From an uncultured Spirochaetota bacterium (GTDB lineage: Bacteria; Spirochaetota; Spirochaetia; SZUA-6; Fen-1364): 48,128 nucleotides of DNA. The stretch is taken from positions 1 to 48,128 of the forward strand of contig CAVUXE010000081.1 of the NCBI GenBank assembly GCA_963745235.1, written 5' to 3'. Under the pieces are notes generated by a model. It saw nothing but the letters and a program-made list of their open reading frames with translations, was not told the DNA's origin and searched no databases. This document shows, in pieces, positions 1 through 10,071 of this stretch (position 1 is its first letter; each line of letters opens with the position of its first letter). A program made the translations under genes and the position numbers.

Positions 1-2
1 AG

Positions 3-1010
3 ATCTCTGCAAGCGCCCAAAAGCTCGCCGAAGGTGCGCAGAGCCAGGCCTCCAGTCTGGAGGAGACCAGCGCCTCGGTGGAAGAGCTGACGGCCTCCGT
101 GGACCAGGTGGCCGAGCATGCGCAGAGCCAGGCCTCCGCGGTGGAGCAGGGCACCGCCTCCATGAGCCAGGTCAAGAAGTCCATCGAGGAGGTCTCGGGA
201 AATCTCAACGGCATCTCGGATCTTGCCAAGGCATCCGTTGAAGAAGCGATGGAGGGGGCCAAGGCGGTGCAGCAGGTGGTGGACGGGATCAACCTGATTG
301 CGGCCAGCTCGGAGAAGATCGGGGGGATCGTCGACGTGATATCGGACATCGCCGACCAGACCAACCTGCTGGCCCTGAATGCCTCCATCGAGGCGGCGCG
401 GGCAGGCGAGCACGGCCGCGGGTTCGCGGTAGTGGCCGACGAGGTGAGCAAGCTTGCCGACAGGAGCGCCGCTTCGACGAAGGAGATCGAGAGCCTGATC
501 AAGGAGAGCGTGAAGAACGTCACCGAGGGGGTGAAAACCGCCAAGGGCGCGCAGACGATGATGGAGCAGATTCGCGGCGGCGCCCAGAAGGCGAAGGAAA
601 TGATCGCAAGCCTTTCGGAATCGATGAGTCAGCAGGTGGCGGCGGTTCAACAGCTGTCCACGGCCCTCAACAACGTAAGCGAAATGAGCCAAAGCATCTC
701 CGCTGCGACTGAAGAGCAGACGGTAAACGCGAAGCAAGTGTCAAAGGCTGTGGAGGAAGTAAACGAAATCACGCAGTCGGCCGCCTCCTCGGCAGAGGAG
801 ATGTCCTCGGCTACCGAGCAGCTTTCCAGTATGGCGCAGGAGTTGCAGCGGCTTATGTCTCAGTTCAAGATTGAGGACGGCAATGATTCTGCGATCGACG
901 GGAATGGCCGCGTAAAGAACGACGGCGATGGAAAAGCGAGGAAAGCGAAAGTGGAGATTAGTGAACACCAGCAATCGCACTTGAATCTGAACAGTATCAA
1001 GGAGTCTTGA
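3..1010 (+). CDS. Methyl-accepting chemotaxis protein, C-terminal signalling domain (5' end outside window)
   Basis: The frame is open from position 3 ([22 protein letters not shown]...) and carries the hairpin-tip motif [33 protein letters not shown]. Confidence 0.95.
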   Translation: MSASAQKLAEGAQSQASSLEETSASVEELTASVDQVAEHAQSQASAVEQGTASMSQVKKSIEEVSGNLNGISDLAKASVEEAMEGAKAVQQVVDGINLIAASSEKIGGIVDVISDIADQTNLLALNASIEAARAGEHGRGFAVVADEVSKLADRSAASTKEIESLIKESVKNVTEGVKTAKGAQTMMEQIRGGAQKAKEMIASLSESMSQQVAAVQQLSTALNNVSEMSQSISAATEEQTVNAKQVSKAVEEVNEITQSAASSAEEMSSATEQLSSMAQELQRLMSQFKIEDGNDSAIDGNGRVKNDGDGKARKAKVEISEHQQSHLNLNSIKES

Positions 1011-1016
1011 TTTGCG

Positions 1017-1052
1017 GGCGTGGCTGTGGGGGAATCCCGCTTCCACGCCTTT
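1017..1052 (+). terminator. Possible stem-loop after first MCP
   Basis: GGCGTGG...CCACGCC stem followed by only a short T run. Confidence 0.35.
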
Positions 1053-1117
1053 CAAATGCTTTCCTTGCGTCTGAGCATTAAACGCACGAAGTAAATCGTT
1101 TCAAGCAGGAGGAACTC

Positions 1118-1231
1118 ATGGATGAGTCAAGGACTCAAGAGGAGAATGCCGCCGAAATGCGGCAGCTTATCAGCTTTACCGTAGGCGACGAGCTGACAGC
1201 CTTAACGCTGTGGACAAAGCACCTGCCTTGA
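1118..1231 (+). pseudogene. Truncated CheW-like remnant (37 aa)
   Basis: Strong RBS (AGGAGGA) then MDESRTQEENAAEMRQLISFTVGDE, which resembles the CheW first strand (QLVSFxLGxE). Similarity then ends. It lies between two MCP genes. Confidence 0.5.
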
Positions 1232-1259
1232 GCAGGGCATGAAGGAAAGGAGATTGAAG

Positions 1260-3497
1260 ATGAAGAACTTGAAACTTGGGGTGAAGCTACATTGTGGTAG
1301 GGACGCTCATCATGGTGCTGCCCCTCCTCATCGTGGCACTGGTCGCCATTAACAAGTCCACGAAGGGGCTAACGGCGATGGAGAACGAACAGCTCGCCGG
1401 ACGGTAATGGACATCGCCCAAATGATCGACAGAGTTTTCGATGAGGAGAAGAAGATCGCCTTGAACTTCTCCATCGATCCGGACATTGTGGCTGCCGCCA
1501 ACGCAGTGGCCGAAAAAGCAACTGTGATTGCGGAGACGTCGGCGCCGGCTCCGAAAATGCCGTCAGCAAGCAAGATTGGTGCGAGCAAGACTGTGCCAGC
1601 TTCTACTAATACTGCTCCCGCCGGGACCGCGGAACTTGTGAACCGAGTGAATGCGAAGCTGGAACGATTCGTGCAGACAAAGGGGCTCGGTGACGGGTAT
1701 CAGGGAGTTGTGGTCCTCGGGCTTGACGGCTTCAGTTTTGCCGCTTCAGACCCTAGGTTCATCGGAGTCGACACGAGTGACCGCCAGTATTTCAAGGATG
1801 CTCTTGCCGGCGCGGTGAACGCCGGCGCGGCGGGCCTGAACAAAGTGACAAAAAAGCCGTTCACACCTTTTGCGGCGCCCATTCGCGCGGGAGACAAAAT
1901 TGTGGGTGTGGTTGCTACCCTTGTCGACATCAGTTTCCTCAACGATCTCGCCGCAAGTGAAAAGATCGGAAAAACGGGTTACACGGTGGTCGTCGATAAT
2001 ACTGGACTTGTCTTGGCACATCCGAAGGCGGAGAACGTTTTCACGCTAAACATCGCCAACATGACCGGGATGACCGAGCTTGCAAAGGCCATGATGGCGG
2101 GGAAAAGCGGTGTTATGAATTACGTCTTCCAGGGTGTGCCTAAGACTGAAGGATTCGCGCCAGTGAAAACCACGGGGTGGAGCGTCGGTCTCGCTCTTCC
2201 CGACTCCGAGTACCTGGCCCCGGTGAATGAGGCGAGGAATGTGACGCTGCTTGTTGCCATAGCGGCCCTTATCGTCGCTTTCATCGTTTTCCTTCTCTTT
2301 TCCCGCACCATCACGAAGCCATTGGCGAAGGGAGTAGCATTCGCGGAATTGGTGGCATCAGGAGACTTCACCCAGCAGCTTCCCATTCACCAGAAGGACG
2401 AGATCGGCAAGCTCGCTGAGGCTCTGAATGGGATGTCGGTGAAGCTGAAAGGCATGGTAGGCACAATCCAAGACAGCGCCGAGCAGGTAGCCTCCTCCAG
2501 CGAACAGATCACCGCCAACGCGCAGAGGCTGGCTGAGGGAGCTCAGAGCCAAGCGTCCAGTCTGGAGGAAACGAGCGCATCAGTGGAAGAGCTGACCTCG
2601 TCGGTGGACCAAGTGGCCGAACATGCGCAGAACCAGGCTGCGGCGGCGGAACAAGGCACTGCCTCCATGGCGCAGGTGCATAAATCCATAGAGGACGTGT
2701 CGAAAAACCTTTCTGAGATAGCAGGACTTGCGGGCAAGTCTGTGGACAACGCGCTTCAAGGGGCGAAGGCTGTTTCGGAGGTCATGGAAGGGATTAACCT
2801 GATCGCGGGAAGCTCGGAGAGAATCGGGGGAATCGTTACGGTGATCTCCGACATTGCAGACCAAACGAACCTCTTGGCGCTCAACGCCTCCATCGAGGCG
2901 GCCCGTGCGGGGGAGCATGGACGGGGATTTGCAGTAGTAGCCGATGAGGTGAGCAAGCTGGCCGATCGCAGCTCAACCTCGACGAAGGAGATTGAGAGTC
3001 TGATCAAGGAGAGCGTCAAGAATGTGACAAAGGGGGTGGAAACCGCGAAGGGGTCGCAAGCGGCGATGGAGCAGATACGCACGGCTTCGCAAACGGTGAA
3101 GGACATGATCGCCGGGTTGTCGGTCTCCATGACGCAGCAAGTGGAGGCGGTGAAGGAGCTGTCGAAGGCCCTGGGCAACGTGAGTGAGATGAGCCAAAGC
3201 ATATCGGCGGCGACAGAGGAACAGACGACCAACGCGAAGCAGGTATCCAAGGCGGTGGAAGATGTGAATGAGGTAACCCAGAGCGCAGCCTCGGCGGCGG
3301 AGGAGATGTCTTCGGCCACTGAGCAGCTTGCGAGTATGGCGCAGGAGTTGCAACAGTTGATGGCGCAGTTCAAGATTGAAGATGGAGGCTCCGCGGAAGA
3401 CAGCGCGCCAACCCGGGCGGCCCGCAAGCACTCGACTGGTGCCACTGGGAACGGGAAGCCGCAACTCGCGCTAGTCGCGGAGGGTGATCAGAGTTAA
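1260..3497 (+). CDS. Methyl-accepting chemotaxis protein (TM-dCache-TM-HAMP-signalling); N-terminus interrupted by two compensating frameshifts
   Basis: ORF 1407-3497 has Cache-like ([22 protein letters not shown]), TM, HAMP (DEIGKL) and MCP motifs. ATG 1260 with an RBS reads [10 protein letters not shown]; a +1 base near 1290 precedes the first TM ([20 protein letters not shown]) and a -1 near 1405 restores the frame. Confidence 0.92.
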
Positions 3498-3524
3498 CGG
3501 TGAAGATTCTTTGAGAGAAGAATG

Positions 3525-3567
3525 AGCAGCACGTGAGGCGTGGAGACCTCACGTGCCGCTTGTTTTT
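3525..3567 (+). terminator. Rho-independent terminator
   Basis: AGCAGCACGTGAGG / CCTCACGTGCCGCT stem (one mismatch) followed by TGTTTTT, between convergent genes. Confidence 0.8.
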
Positions 3568-3624
3568 CCATATCTGCGGCCTCTGAAAGGCCAGTAGGTG
3601 GATTGTGTGTAGCGTGTCATTTGT

Positions 3625-4488
3625 TCATTTGTTTGTCGGATCCTTTGATTCAGTCATACGGTTTATTATCTCTTGGTAGCGTGATCTCCAGCTACCAGAC
3701 AATTTCGGATCGCCGAACCACTTGTCGAGATACTCGATTCCAGCAGGTTTCCCTTGAGTGTAGAACAGGGCAATTGAATGCATGAGGTGTGCCTGCCACG
3801 TATTGTTCGAATTTGAGTTGAAGTCTTCGACGATTTTCAAATACTGCAGGGCGTCGCCATACTGATCATTCTCAAAAAGGCTTCGTGCGATGGAAAAGGC
3901 GATGGTCTCCTGAAATGAGGGCGCGAGAGATACAGCTGTGCGAAGCTCCGCAAATACTTCTATTGCCTCGAAGGTACGCCCCAAGCCTACAAGCATAGTC
4001 AATAGCTCCCGAGAGTTCGCGTAGTCTCCCGATTTGAACTCATCGAAATCTGTTCTGACCCTTTCCCGGTATTCAGTTGTCTTTGACATCACATCGACAA
4101 ACGAGACTGCGTCGTGATACCCGACTACCTTTCCCACCAATGTCCTATCTCCTTCAACGAAGAGAATTGTCGGATAACCACTAACTCCAAAGCTCTCCAC
4201 ATAGGCTGCTCCAGCCTTGCTTTTCTCAGGGTTGAGTTTGAGAGCGACAAACTGCTGCGCCTCGACGATAACCTTTGCATCCGTGTAGGTTTTGGTGTCC
4301 AGCACCTTGCACCATTCGCACCAGTCGGTATACACATCGACCATCAGGATCTTGCCGGTTTGCTTGGCCTCCGCGGTGGCGGAGTCTAGATCGATTCGCC
4401 AGGCGATGCTCGGTGCCTCTGCGTAAGTACCCAGTGCCAAAGACAACATTACGGTCACTGTCGCGGCGACAAGAATCTGCTTCTTCAT
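3625..4488 (-). CDS. Exported thioredoxin-fold protein (CxxC) with helical/TPR-like C-terminus
   Basis: Signal peptide MKKQILVAA..., MVDVYTDWCEWCKVL active site and GYPT cis-Pro loop. Start placed at ATG 4488 behind AAAGGA. Confidence 0.85.
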   Translation of the reverse strand: MKKQILVAATVTVMLSLALGTYAEAPSIAWRIDLDSATAEAKQTGKILMVDVYTDWCEWCKVLDTKTYTDAKVIVEAQQFVALKLNPEKSKAGAAYVESFGVSGYPTILFVEGDRTLVGKVVGYHDAVSFVDVMSKTTEYRERVRTDFDEFKSGDYANSRELLTMLVGLGRTFEAIEVFAELRTAVSLAPSFQETIAFSIARSLFENDQYGDALQYLKIVEDFNSNSNNTWQAHLMHSIALFYTQGKPAGIEYLDKWFGDPKLSGSWRSRYQEIINRMTESKDPTNK

Positions 4489-4568
4489 ATCAGGCGTTCC
4501 TTTCGTCAAAGAAAACCTCAGCATGAAGGCAAACACACGTAAGACTCAGAATTCCACACCGAAAATCA

Positions 4569-4940
4569 CTCACGGGGGGGACAATCCGGAAGCCCACACG
4601 TAAGCCCCTCGGAAAATCCGGCACGCTGCTCGAGGCCGGGCCGCGCGGGTCATTCTGCCCGCCAAGCGAATAGTCGCCAAATCCAATCCCAGCACATCTG
4701 CCACACGTTTCTGCTACAACAGGCCCAGCGCATTCGGCGCCTTCTGCGTCGTTCCTCCTGAATTGCCAGGGTGCCAGGCTACCTGGTCTATATTGTCTGA
4801 GCCTGCGAACAAATGGTACTTGACTGCCCCCTGCTGTCCGCCACGCGGCCGCATATTCCCACTCTGCCTCCGTCGGCAAGCGGTAGCCGTTCGCGAACCA
4901 ATTGCTCCGTCACGTCGGTGCCATTGATGGTGTAGACTTT
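4569..4940 (-). pseudogene. Decayed FGE-sulfatase/SUMF1-domain gene fragment
   Basis: NGYRLPTEAEWEYAA, QNDPRGPASS and GFRIV motifs survive with frameshifts and deletions. There is no start; the fragment abuts the ankyrin stop codon. Confidence 0.75.
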
Positions 4941-7475
4941 TTAGATTTGATCGTGAGCCAACTTTCCTAAGTCAACTTCAAAGATTATATCTTTGCCCTT
5001 ACGGTCTATGTCTACGTCTGAGGCGCCTAAAGTTTTCAGGTTATAGGCATTCTTAAGGTCCTCGTGCATTGCCTCCGCCATGCTCAAAACATTTCTCATG
5101 TGAGCTGCCCGTGTTTTTTCGTCCACAATCCATATGCCATTGCCGTCGTACGACCCCGAGGCTGCTGCTGCCCGTGCTTCTTGGTCCGCACCCCATGCTC
5201 TCACAACTGCCTCCTTTATGAGATCATCTCTCTGCGTGTTGGGACCGTCCACCACTGGGGGACTTGAACCCTCGCCAAATTTGTTTAGCAACCAACGGGC
5301 GGCGCGAGAATGGGGATACCCCGTTCCACCGCCGCTCTGAGGTCCCGCTTGAGCGGTAGGAACGGCTAAATCGTCCGACGCACCGCCTGACGCGATAATG
5401 GCTATTCCTTGCGCATCTGAAAATATCTGTCCTACGGTGTCAAAATTCTGGTTGCCCGTGAGCCCAGCAACGGCATGCGACAACGAGGCAAAGCCTCCGA
5501 GTATCCCCGCAATATCCGACCCGGAACTCTGATTGGCGTTGTTCTGTTGAATAGGTCGATTTGAAGTTGTGGCTGCAGCCAACTGCTGGTAGGCAATAGT
5601 ATTCTGCATGGCGGGGTTAACTCGTGCGCCATCGAGAGCTCTTCCCCCGTTGTTAGCGGTTGCATTGGCATCGGCACCAGCCTGCAGCAAGAGGGATACG
5701 ACCCTGGGGTCTTGATTGTGGTTTGCAGCCAGTATGAGCGCCGTTTGACCGTCGTTCTGTTTCGTTTCGACATCGGCGCCAGCCTTTAGCAGCGCGGAGA
5801 TCACATCTTGGTTTTGGTTATTATAGGCAGCAGCCATCAGCGCGGTAGCGCCTTCGTTGTTCTTCGCGTTAACATCGGCGCCGGCCTCCAACAGAACGGA
5901 GACAACCGTGGGGTTCTGGTTAAAGGCCGCTGCCAATATAAGCGCCGTATTGCCATCGCGGTCCTTCGCGTTAACATCGGCGCCGGCCTTCAACAGAACG
6001 GAGACAACAGTTGGGTTTTCGGCCGCTGCCAATATAAGCGCCGTATTGCCATCGCGGTCCTTCGCGTTAACATCGGCGCCGGCTTGCAGCAGTAGTGAGA
6101 TCATCTCGGAATTTGGATTGGCGGCATTTGGATTGCGTAGTGCAAGTCTGAGCGCCGTTTCGCCGCCGTAGTCTTTCGCGTTGACATTGGCGCCTGCCTT
6201 CAATAGTACGGAGACCACCTCGGGGTTCTGGTTGAGATATGCAGCCGATATGAGCGCAGCATCAACCGCCCTAACACCAGCTTTGTCTTGCGCGTTGCCA
6301 TCGACGCCAGCCTCCAATAGAGCCGAAACAATACCAGGATCTGAATTGTACTCGACAGCTAAGGTGAGCCAGTCCGAACCGAAGTGACGTATCTCGTCAA
6401 GAAATCTAGAAGGGGCATGAAGCGAGTAGCTCTGAATTGCTCGTTGTAAGGACGCGGCAGTTCCCTTTTCAATAAGTGAGTCTAAGTCTATGTCCACAGT
6501 GGCTGCAGCCAACTGCTGGTAGGCAACAGTGTTCTGCATGTACGAGTTATGTCGCGCGCCATCGATAGCCCTTCCCCCATTGCTCGTTATTGCATTGGCA
6601 TCGGCACCCGCCTGCAGCAGTAAAGATACAACCTCGGGGAATGGACAAATATCTGCAGCCAGTGTGAGCGCCGTTTCGCCGTCGTTATTTTTCGCGTTGA
6701 CATCGGCGCCTGCCTTCAACAGTACGGAAACGATCATTGGGCCTCTGATTGCAGCCAGCATAAGGGCCGTATCGCCGTCCTTGTTCTTCGCGTTGACATC
6801 AGCGCCCGCTTGTAGTAGAGCGGAAATAGCACCAGGATCCGCGTTGTATTCGGCAGCCACCATGACCCATGGCTCACCGTCGCTTCTTGTCGCTTTGGCG
6901 TCAAGAAAGTGATTTTGTATTGCTTTTTGTACGTCGTCGGCAGTCCCCGTTCTCAAAACTAAGTCTATATCGACATGCTTCGTCGTTGCTGCAGCCAATT
7001 GCCGATACGCAACTGTGTTCTGCATCGCGGGGTTAACCAGAGCGCCATCGAGAGCTCTTGCCCCATTGTTAGCTGTCGCATTGACATCAGCGCCGGCCTG
7101 CAGCAGCACGGAGACGATTTTAGAGTTTTGGTTCAAAAATGCAGCCAGCATAAGGGCCGTATCGCCGTCGCTGTTCTTCGCGTTGACATCAGCGCCGGCC
7201 CGTAACAGGGCTGAGATAACCTCGGGGTTTGGGTTGTATTCAGCGGCCAGCATAAGCGCCGTATCGCCGTGCAAATCAGGGTCATTGATGATTTGCCCCT
7301 TGGGGTCAAGGCGGCCATTTTTTATTGCTTGCTTTATCTCAGCGGCAGTTCCCGATTTCACTATCTGATTCACGTCGACGGGCTGGGAGCTTTGTGTGAA
7401 TGCATAGCTTGCACCAAAATGAAAAGAAATCAGTATCACCGTAGTCTTTAGGACTCTGGTCAAACGCTCGACCAT
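4941..7475 (-). CDS. Secreted ankyrin-repeat protein with unknown C-terminal domain (844 aa)
   Basis: Many LLxAGADVNAKxxDGxTALxLAA repeats and an N-terminal signal-like segment. Confidence 0.93.
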   Translation of the reverse strand: MVERLTRVLKTTVILISFHFGASYAFTQSSQPVDVNQIVKSGTAAEIKQAIKNGRLDPKGQIINDPDLHGDTALMLAAEYNPNPEVISALLRAGADVNAKNSDGDTALMLAAFLNQNSKIVSVLLQAGADVNATANNGARALDGALVNPAMQNTVAYRQLAAATTKHVDIDLVLRTGTADDVQKAIQNHFLDAKATRSDGEPWVMVAAEYNADPGAISALLQAGADVNAKNKDGDTALMLAAIRGPMIVSVLLKAGADVNAKNNDGETALTLAADICPFPEVVSLLLQAGADANAITSNGGRAIDGARHNSYMQNTVAYQQLAAATVDIDLDSLIEKGTAASLQRAIQSYSLHAPSRFLDEIRHFGSDWLTLAVEYNSDPGIVSALLEAGVDGNAQDKAGVRAVDAALISAAYLNQNPEVVSVLLKAGANVNAKDYGGETALRLALRNPNAANPNSEMISLLLQAGADVNAKDRDGNTALILAAAENPTVVSVLLKAGADVNAKDRDGNTALILAAAFNQNPTVVSVLLEAGADVNAKNNEGATALMAAAYNNQNQDVISALLKAGADVETKQNDGQTALILAANHNQDPRVVSLLLQAGADANATANNGGRALDGARVNPAMQNTIAYQQLAAATTSNRPIQQNNANQSSGSDIAGILGGFASLSHAVAGLTGNQNFDTVGQIFSDAQGIAIIASGGASDDLAVPTAQAGPQSGGGTGYPHSRAARWLLNKFGEGSSPPVVDGPNTQRDDLIKEAVVRAWGADQEARAAAASGSYDGNGIWIVDEKTRAAHMRNVLSMAEAMHEDLKNAYNLKTLGASDVDIDRKGKDIIFEVDLGKLAHDQI
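5862..6083. repeat. Recent tandem duplication of ankyrin units
   Basis: CTTCGCGTTAACATCGGCGCCGGC occurs at 5862, 5964 and 6060. 63 nt are identical at 5925-5987 and 6021-6083. Confidence 0.9.
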
Positions 7476-7898
7476 TGGTTTCTCCTTAACGGTGTGGCTG
7501 CGACTCCATAGAGCGATGCCAACTGTCGAATAAATATGATCAAAAACGTCATGAATCGGCGAACCCCGCGTGTTGGCCTAAAGGGGGATCCTCTGAGAAT
7601 TGCAGATCGACATCCTCCCCGTGGCCAAAGTGGCATGTTTTGTCTTCGCAAGTATCGAACGGGCGCTAAGCAACACACGCAGTAGGCCAGGGAGAGCACT
7701 TCGCGAGCTTGAAAAGTTTAGTGCACATAACGCCCCCAAAGGACCTTTTGCCCAATCCAGCAAATTGTGCCTCTTCATGGCTTTACAGAGGGCCTGGGAG
7801 GGGCTAAAATAGCGCATTAGAAGTGCGCTTTTAAGGTGAAAGGGGAGCCTGTCAGAAAATTACCGCCTCCCAACCCCCAAACCGATACTAAGGGCACA

Positions 7899-8906
7899 AT
7901 GTCGGCGATCCCAGGCCTGCCTGTTATTTCACCATCCCCTGGAAAAACCACGCCTGTGCTCTCTGGACGCCCGCCAAGCGGCTCAAATCCAGCTCTGGTG
8001 TATCTGGCTAGCCTCAAGCCCTCGGGGCGCGTTGTGATGGCAGGATCCCTGGACATCGTCGCACGCAGGCTCGGCGCCAAGGATGCGCGCTCCATGCCCT
8101 GGGCGAGCCTGCGCTACGAGCACCTGGTCGCCTTAAGGCAGTGGCTTGCTGAGACCTTCAAGCCAGCAACGGCCAACCGCTACCTGGCTGCGATCAAGGG
8201 AACGCTGCGGGAAGCCTGGCGCCTGGGGCAGTTTCCTAGCGAGGAGCTCGAGCGCGTGCGCGACATCAAGTCTGTTTCAGGGTCTTCGGTGCCTGCGGGG
8301 CGCGGGCTGTCTTCTGGGGAGCTACGAGCTCTACTCATGGCCTGCGTCGACGGCAGCCCATCTGGCTACAGAGACGCAGCGGTGCTGGCTCTCGGGTACG
8401 GGGCCGGCCTGCGCCGCGCTGAGATTGCTGCCCTGGATATCGAGGACGCAAAGATCGATGGGGAGACCATCGTGGTGAAGGTCCGTCACGCCAAGGGCGG
8501 ACGCGAGCGAGTTGTCTACCTGGACAACGGTGCACGTGATGCGTTACGCGACTACATGGAGATTCGCGGGAAGGAGCCCGGAGGGCTCTTTTGGCAAGCG
8601 CGCAAAGGCGGGAAGCTGGTCCATCAAGGGATGACCGATGACGCGGTGTGGCGTCTCATTGAGAAGAGAGCGAAGTTGGCGGGAGTGACCGACGTCTCGC
8701 CGCACGATCTGCGGCGGTCTTTCGTCTCGGACCTGCTGGATGCTGGGGTCGACGTGACCACGGTTTCGAAGATGGCGGGACACGCAAGTGTGCTGACCAC
8801 CGCTAAGTATGACAGGCGAGGCGAAGAAGCGAAGCGGAAAGCCGCAAAGGCACTGCACGTGCCCTACCCTGGCCGGCCGCGTGATCTATTCACAGAACAA
8901 AACTGA
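7899..8906 (+). CDS. Tyrosine recombinase/integrase
   Basis: GLRRAE, AKGGRER, PHDLRRSF, AGH and TTAKY catalytic motifs plus a SAM-like N-domain. The start is uncertain (7836 or 7899). Confidence 0.93.
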   Translation: MSAIPGLPVISPSPGKTTPVLSGRPPSGSNPALVYLASLKPSGRVVMAGSLDIVARRLGAKDARSMPWASLRYEHLVALRQWLAETFKPATANRYLAAIKGTLREAWRLGQFPSEELERVRDIKSVSGSSVPAGRGLSSGELRALLMACVDGSPSGYRDAAVLALGYGAGLRRAEIAALDIEDAKIDGETIVVKVRHAKGGRERVVYLDNGARDALRDYMEIRGKEPGGLFWQARKGGKLVHQGMTDDAVWRLIEKRAKLAGVTDVSPHDLRRSFVSDLLDAGVDVTTVSKMAGHASVLTTAKYDRRGEEAKRKAAKALHVPYPGRPRDLFTEQN

Positions 8907-9092
8907 AAAGCATCAGGGCTGGACCCCGTGAAATGACACGGCGGGCGTCCAGAAAACCTCGCCACACTCCACCACGCGCGTCGTTCAGCAAGATTTGGCT
9001 CACTTGCAACCACCTCATTGATGACCCTTAAAGAAAGTTTGTTTGTTTGGATTGTCCAACAGTGTCGGGCGCGCTAAGATAAAGCCCAACAA

Positions 9093-10040
9093 ATGAAACC
9101 ACCCCAAGTGCTCAGTTTTTCAAAAGCTCCCGCCGTCAGGGATTGGTGGAAAGACAAAATCATCTGCGGTGACTCACGTGAGGCGCTGCACGCGATGCCG
9201 AATGAATCCGTTCACCTGGCTATCACATCACCGCCATACAATGTCGGTCTCGAATATGACTCGCACAACGACAAGATGCCATATGCGGATTACCTGAAAT
9301 GGTTAATGGGCTTTTGGGCTGAGCTCTATCGTGTCCTTGTTCCCGGCGGAAGGTTTGCACTCAACGTTGCCCCAACTAGGATCAAAGACTTTCGCCCAGT
9401 TCATTACGATATGGCCCGCGACTTGATGCAGCTGGGCTTCATCATGCGTACAGAAATCCTTTGGTACAAACAGACCATGCGTCGCCGAACGGCATGGGGC
9501 TCCTGGAAAAGTCCACGCAATCCACATATGGTCCCGAGCTGGGAGTATGTTCTTGTGTTCTGCAAAGGATCATGGGCGCTCGAGGGCGACAAAGCAGACG
9601 CAGACATAACTTCTGAGGAGTTTATCAAGTATTCTGACGCGTTCTGGGCGATTCAGCCAGAAACACGGGGTCGACAGCCCTTCCTGAATAGTCTCTACCC
9701 ACCTCGTAGAGGGCGAAAAGCCCCAGAGCAGAAGAAAGGAGGGCATCCCGCCCCCTTCCCCGAGGAGTTGATTAAACGACTTATCAAGTTCTACAGCTAT
9801 CGGGGCAATGTTGTGCTCGATCCTTTCGGTGGAACGGGTACCGTCGCGGCCGTCGCGTACAGATTCAATCGTCACTTTGTTCACTTAGACATATCGAAGA
9901 AGTACTGCTCGATCGCGGCGCAACGTGTTGCAGCTGAGGCGAAGCCGCTATCCGAGAAGGTATCAGCCAGCAAGCCGACCAGCCCTTCTGCTCCCGCTTT
10001 GCTCGAGCAAATGCCACGAAAGAAAACCAGGCACAAATGA
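9093..10040 (+). CDS. Site-specific DNA methyltransferase (N4-C/N6-A, beta class)
   Basis: TSPPY catalytic motif precedes HPAPFP and the LDPFGGTGT SAM-binding motif. Confidence 0.93.
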   Translation: MKPPQVLSFSKAPAVRDWWKDKIICGDSREALHAMPNESVHLAITSPPYNVGLEYDSHNDKMPYADYLKWLMGFWAELYRVLVPGGRFALNVAPTRIKDFRPVHYDMARDLMQLGFIMRTEILWYKQTMRRRTAWGSWKSPRNPHMVPSWEYVLVFCKGSWALEGDKADADITSEEFIKYSDAFWAIQPETRGRQPFLNSLYPPRRGRKAPEQKKGGHPAPFPEELIKRLIKFYSYRGNVVLDPFGGTGTVAAVAYRFNRHFVHLDISKKYCSIAAQRVAAEAKPLSEKVSASKPTSPSAPALLEQMPRKKTRHK

Positions 10041-10071
10041 GCGCAATCCAGACCTCCGAGGCCTGCCACCG

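Noticed and set aside
4569-4940. Diversity-generating retroelement target (FGE/CLec domain)
   Set aside because: No reverse transcriptase or adenine-variant template repeat is visible, and the gene is decayed.
5560-7270. CRISPR-like repeats
   Set aside because: The repeats are in-frame ankyrin units with no unique spacers and no cas genes.
7811-7829. AGCGCA-N7-TGCGCT as a recombinase core site
   Set aside because: The arms are only 6 bp and there is no second copy.
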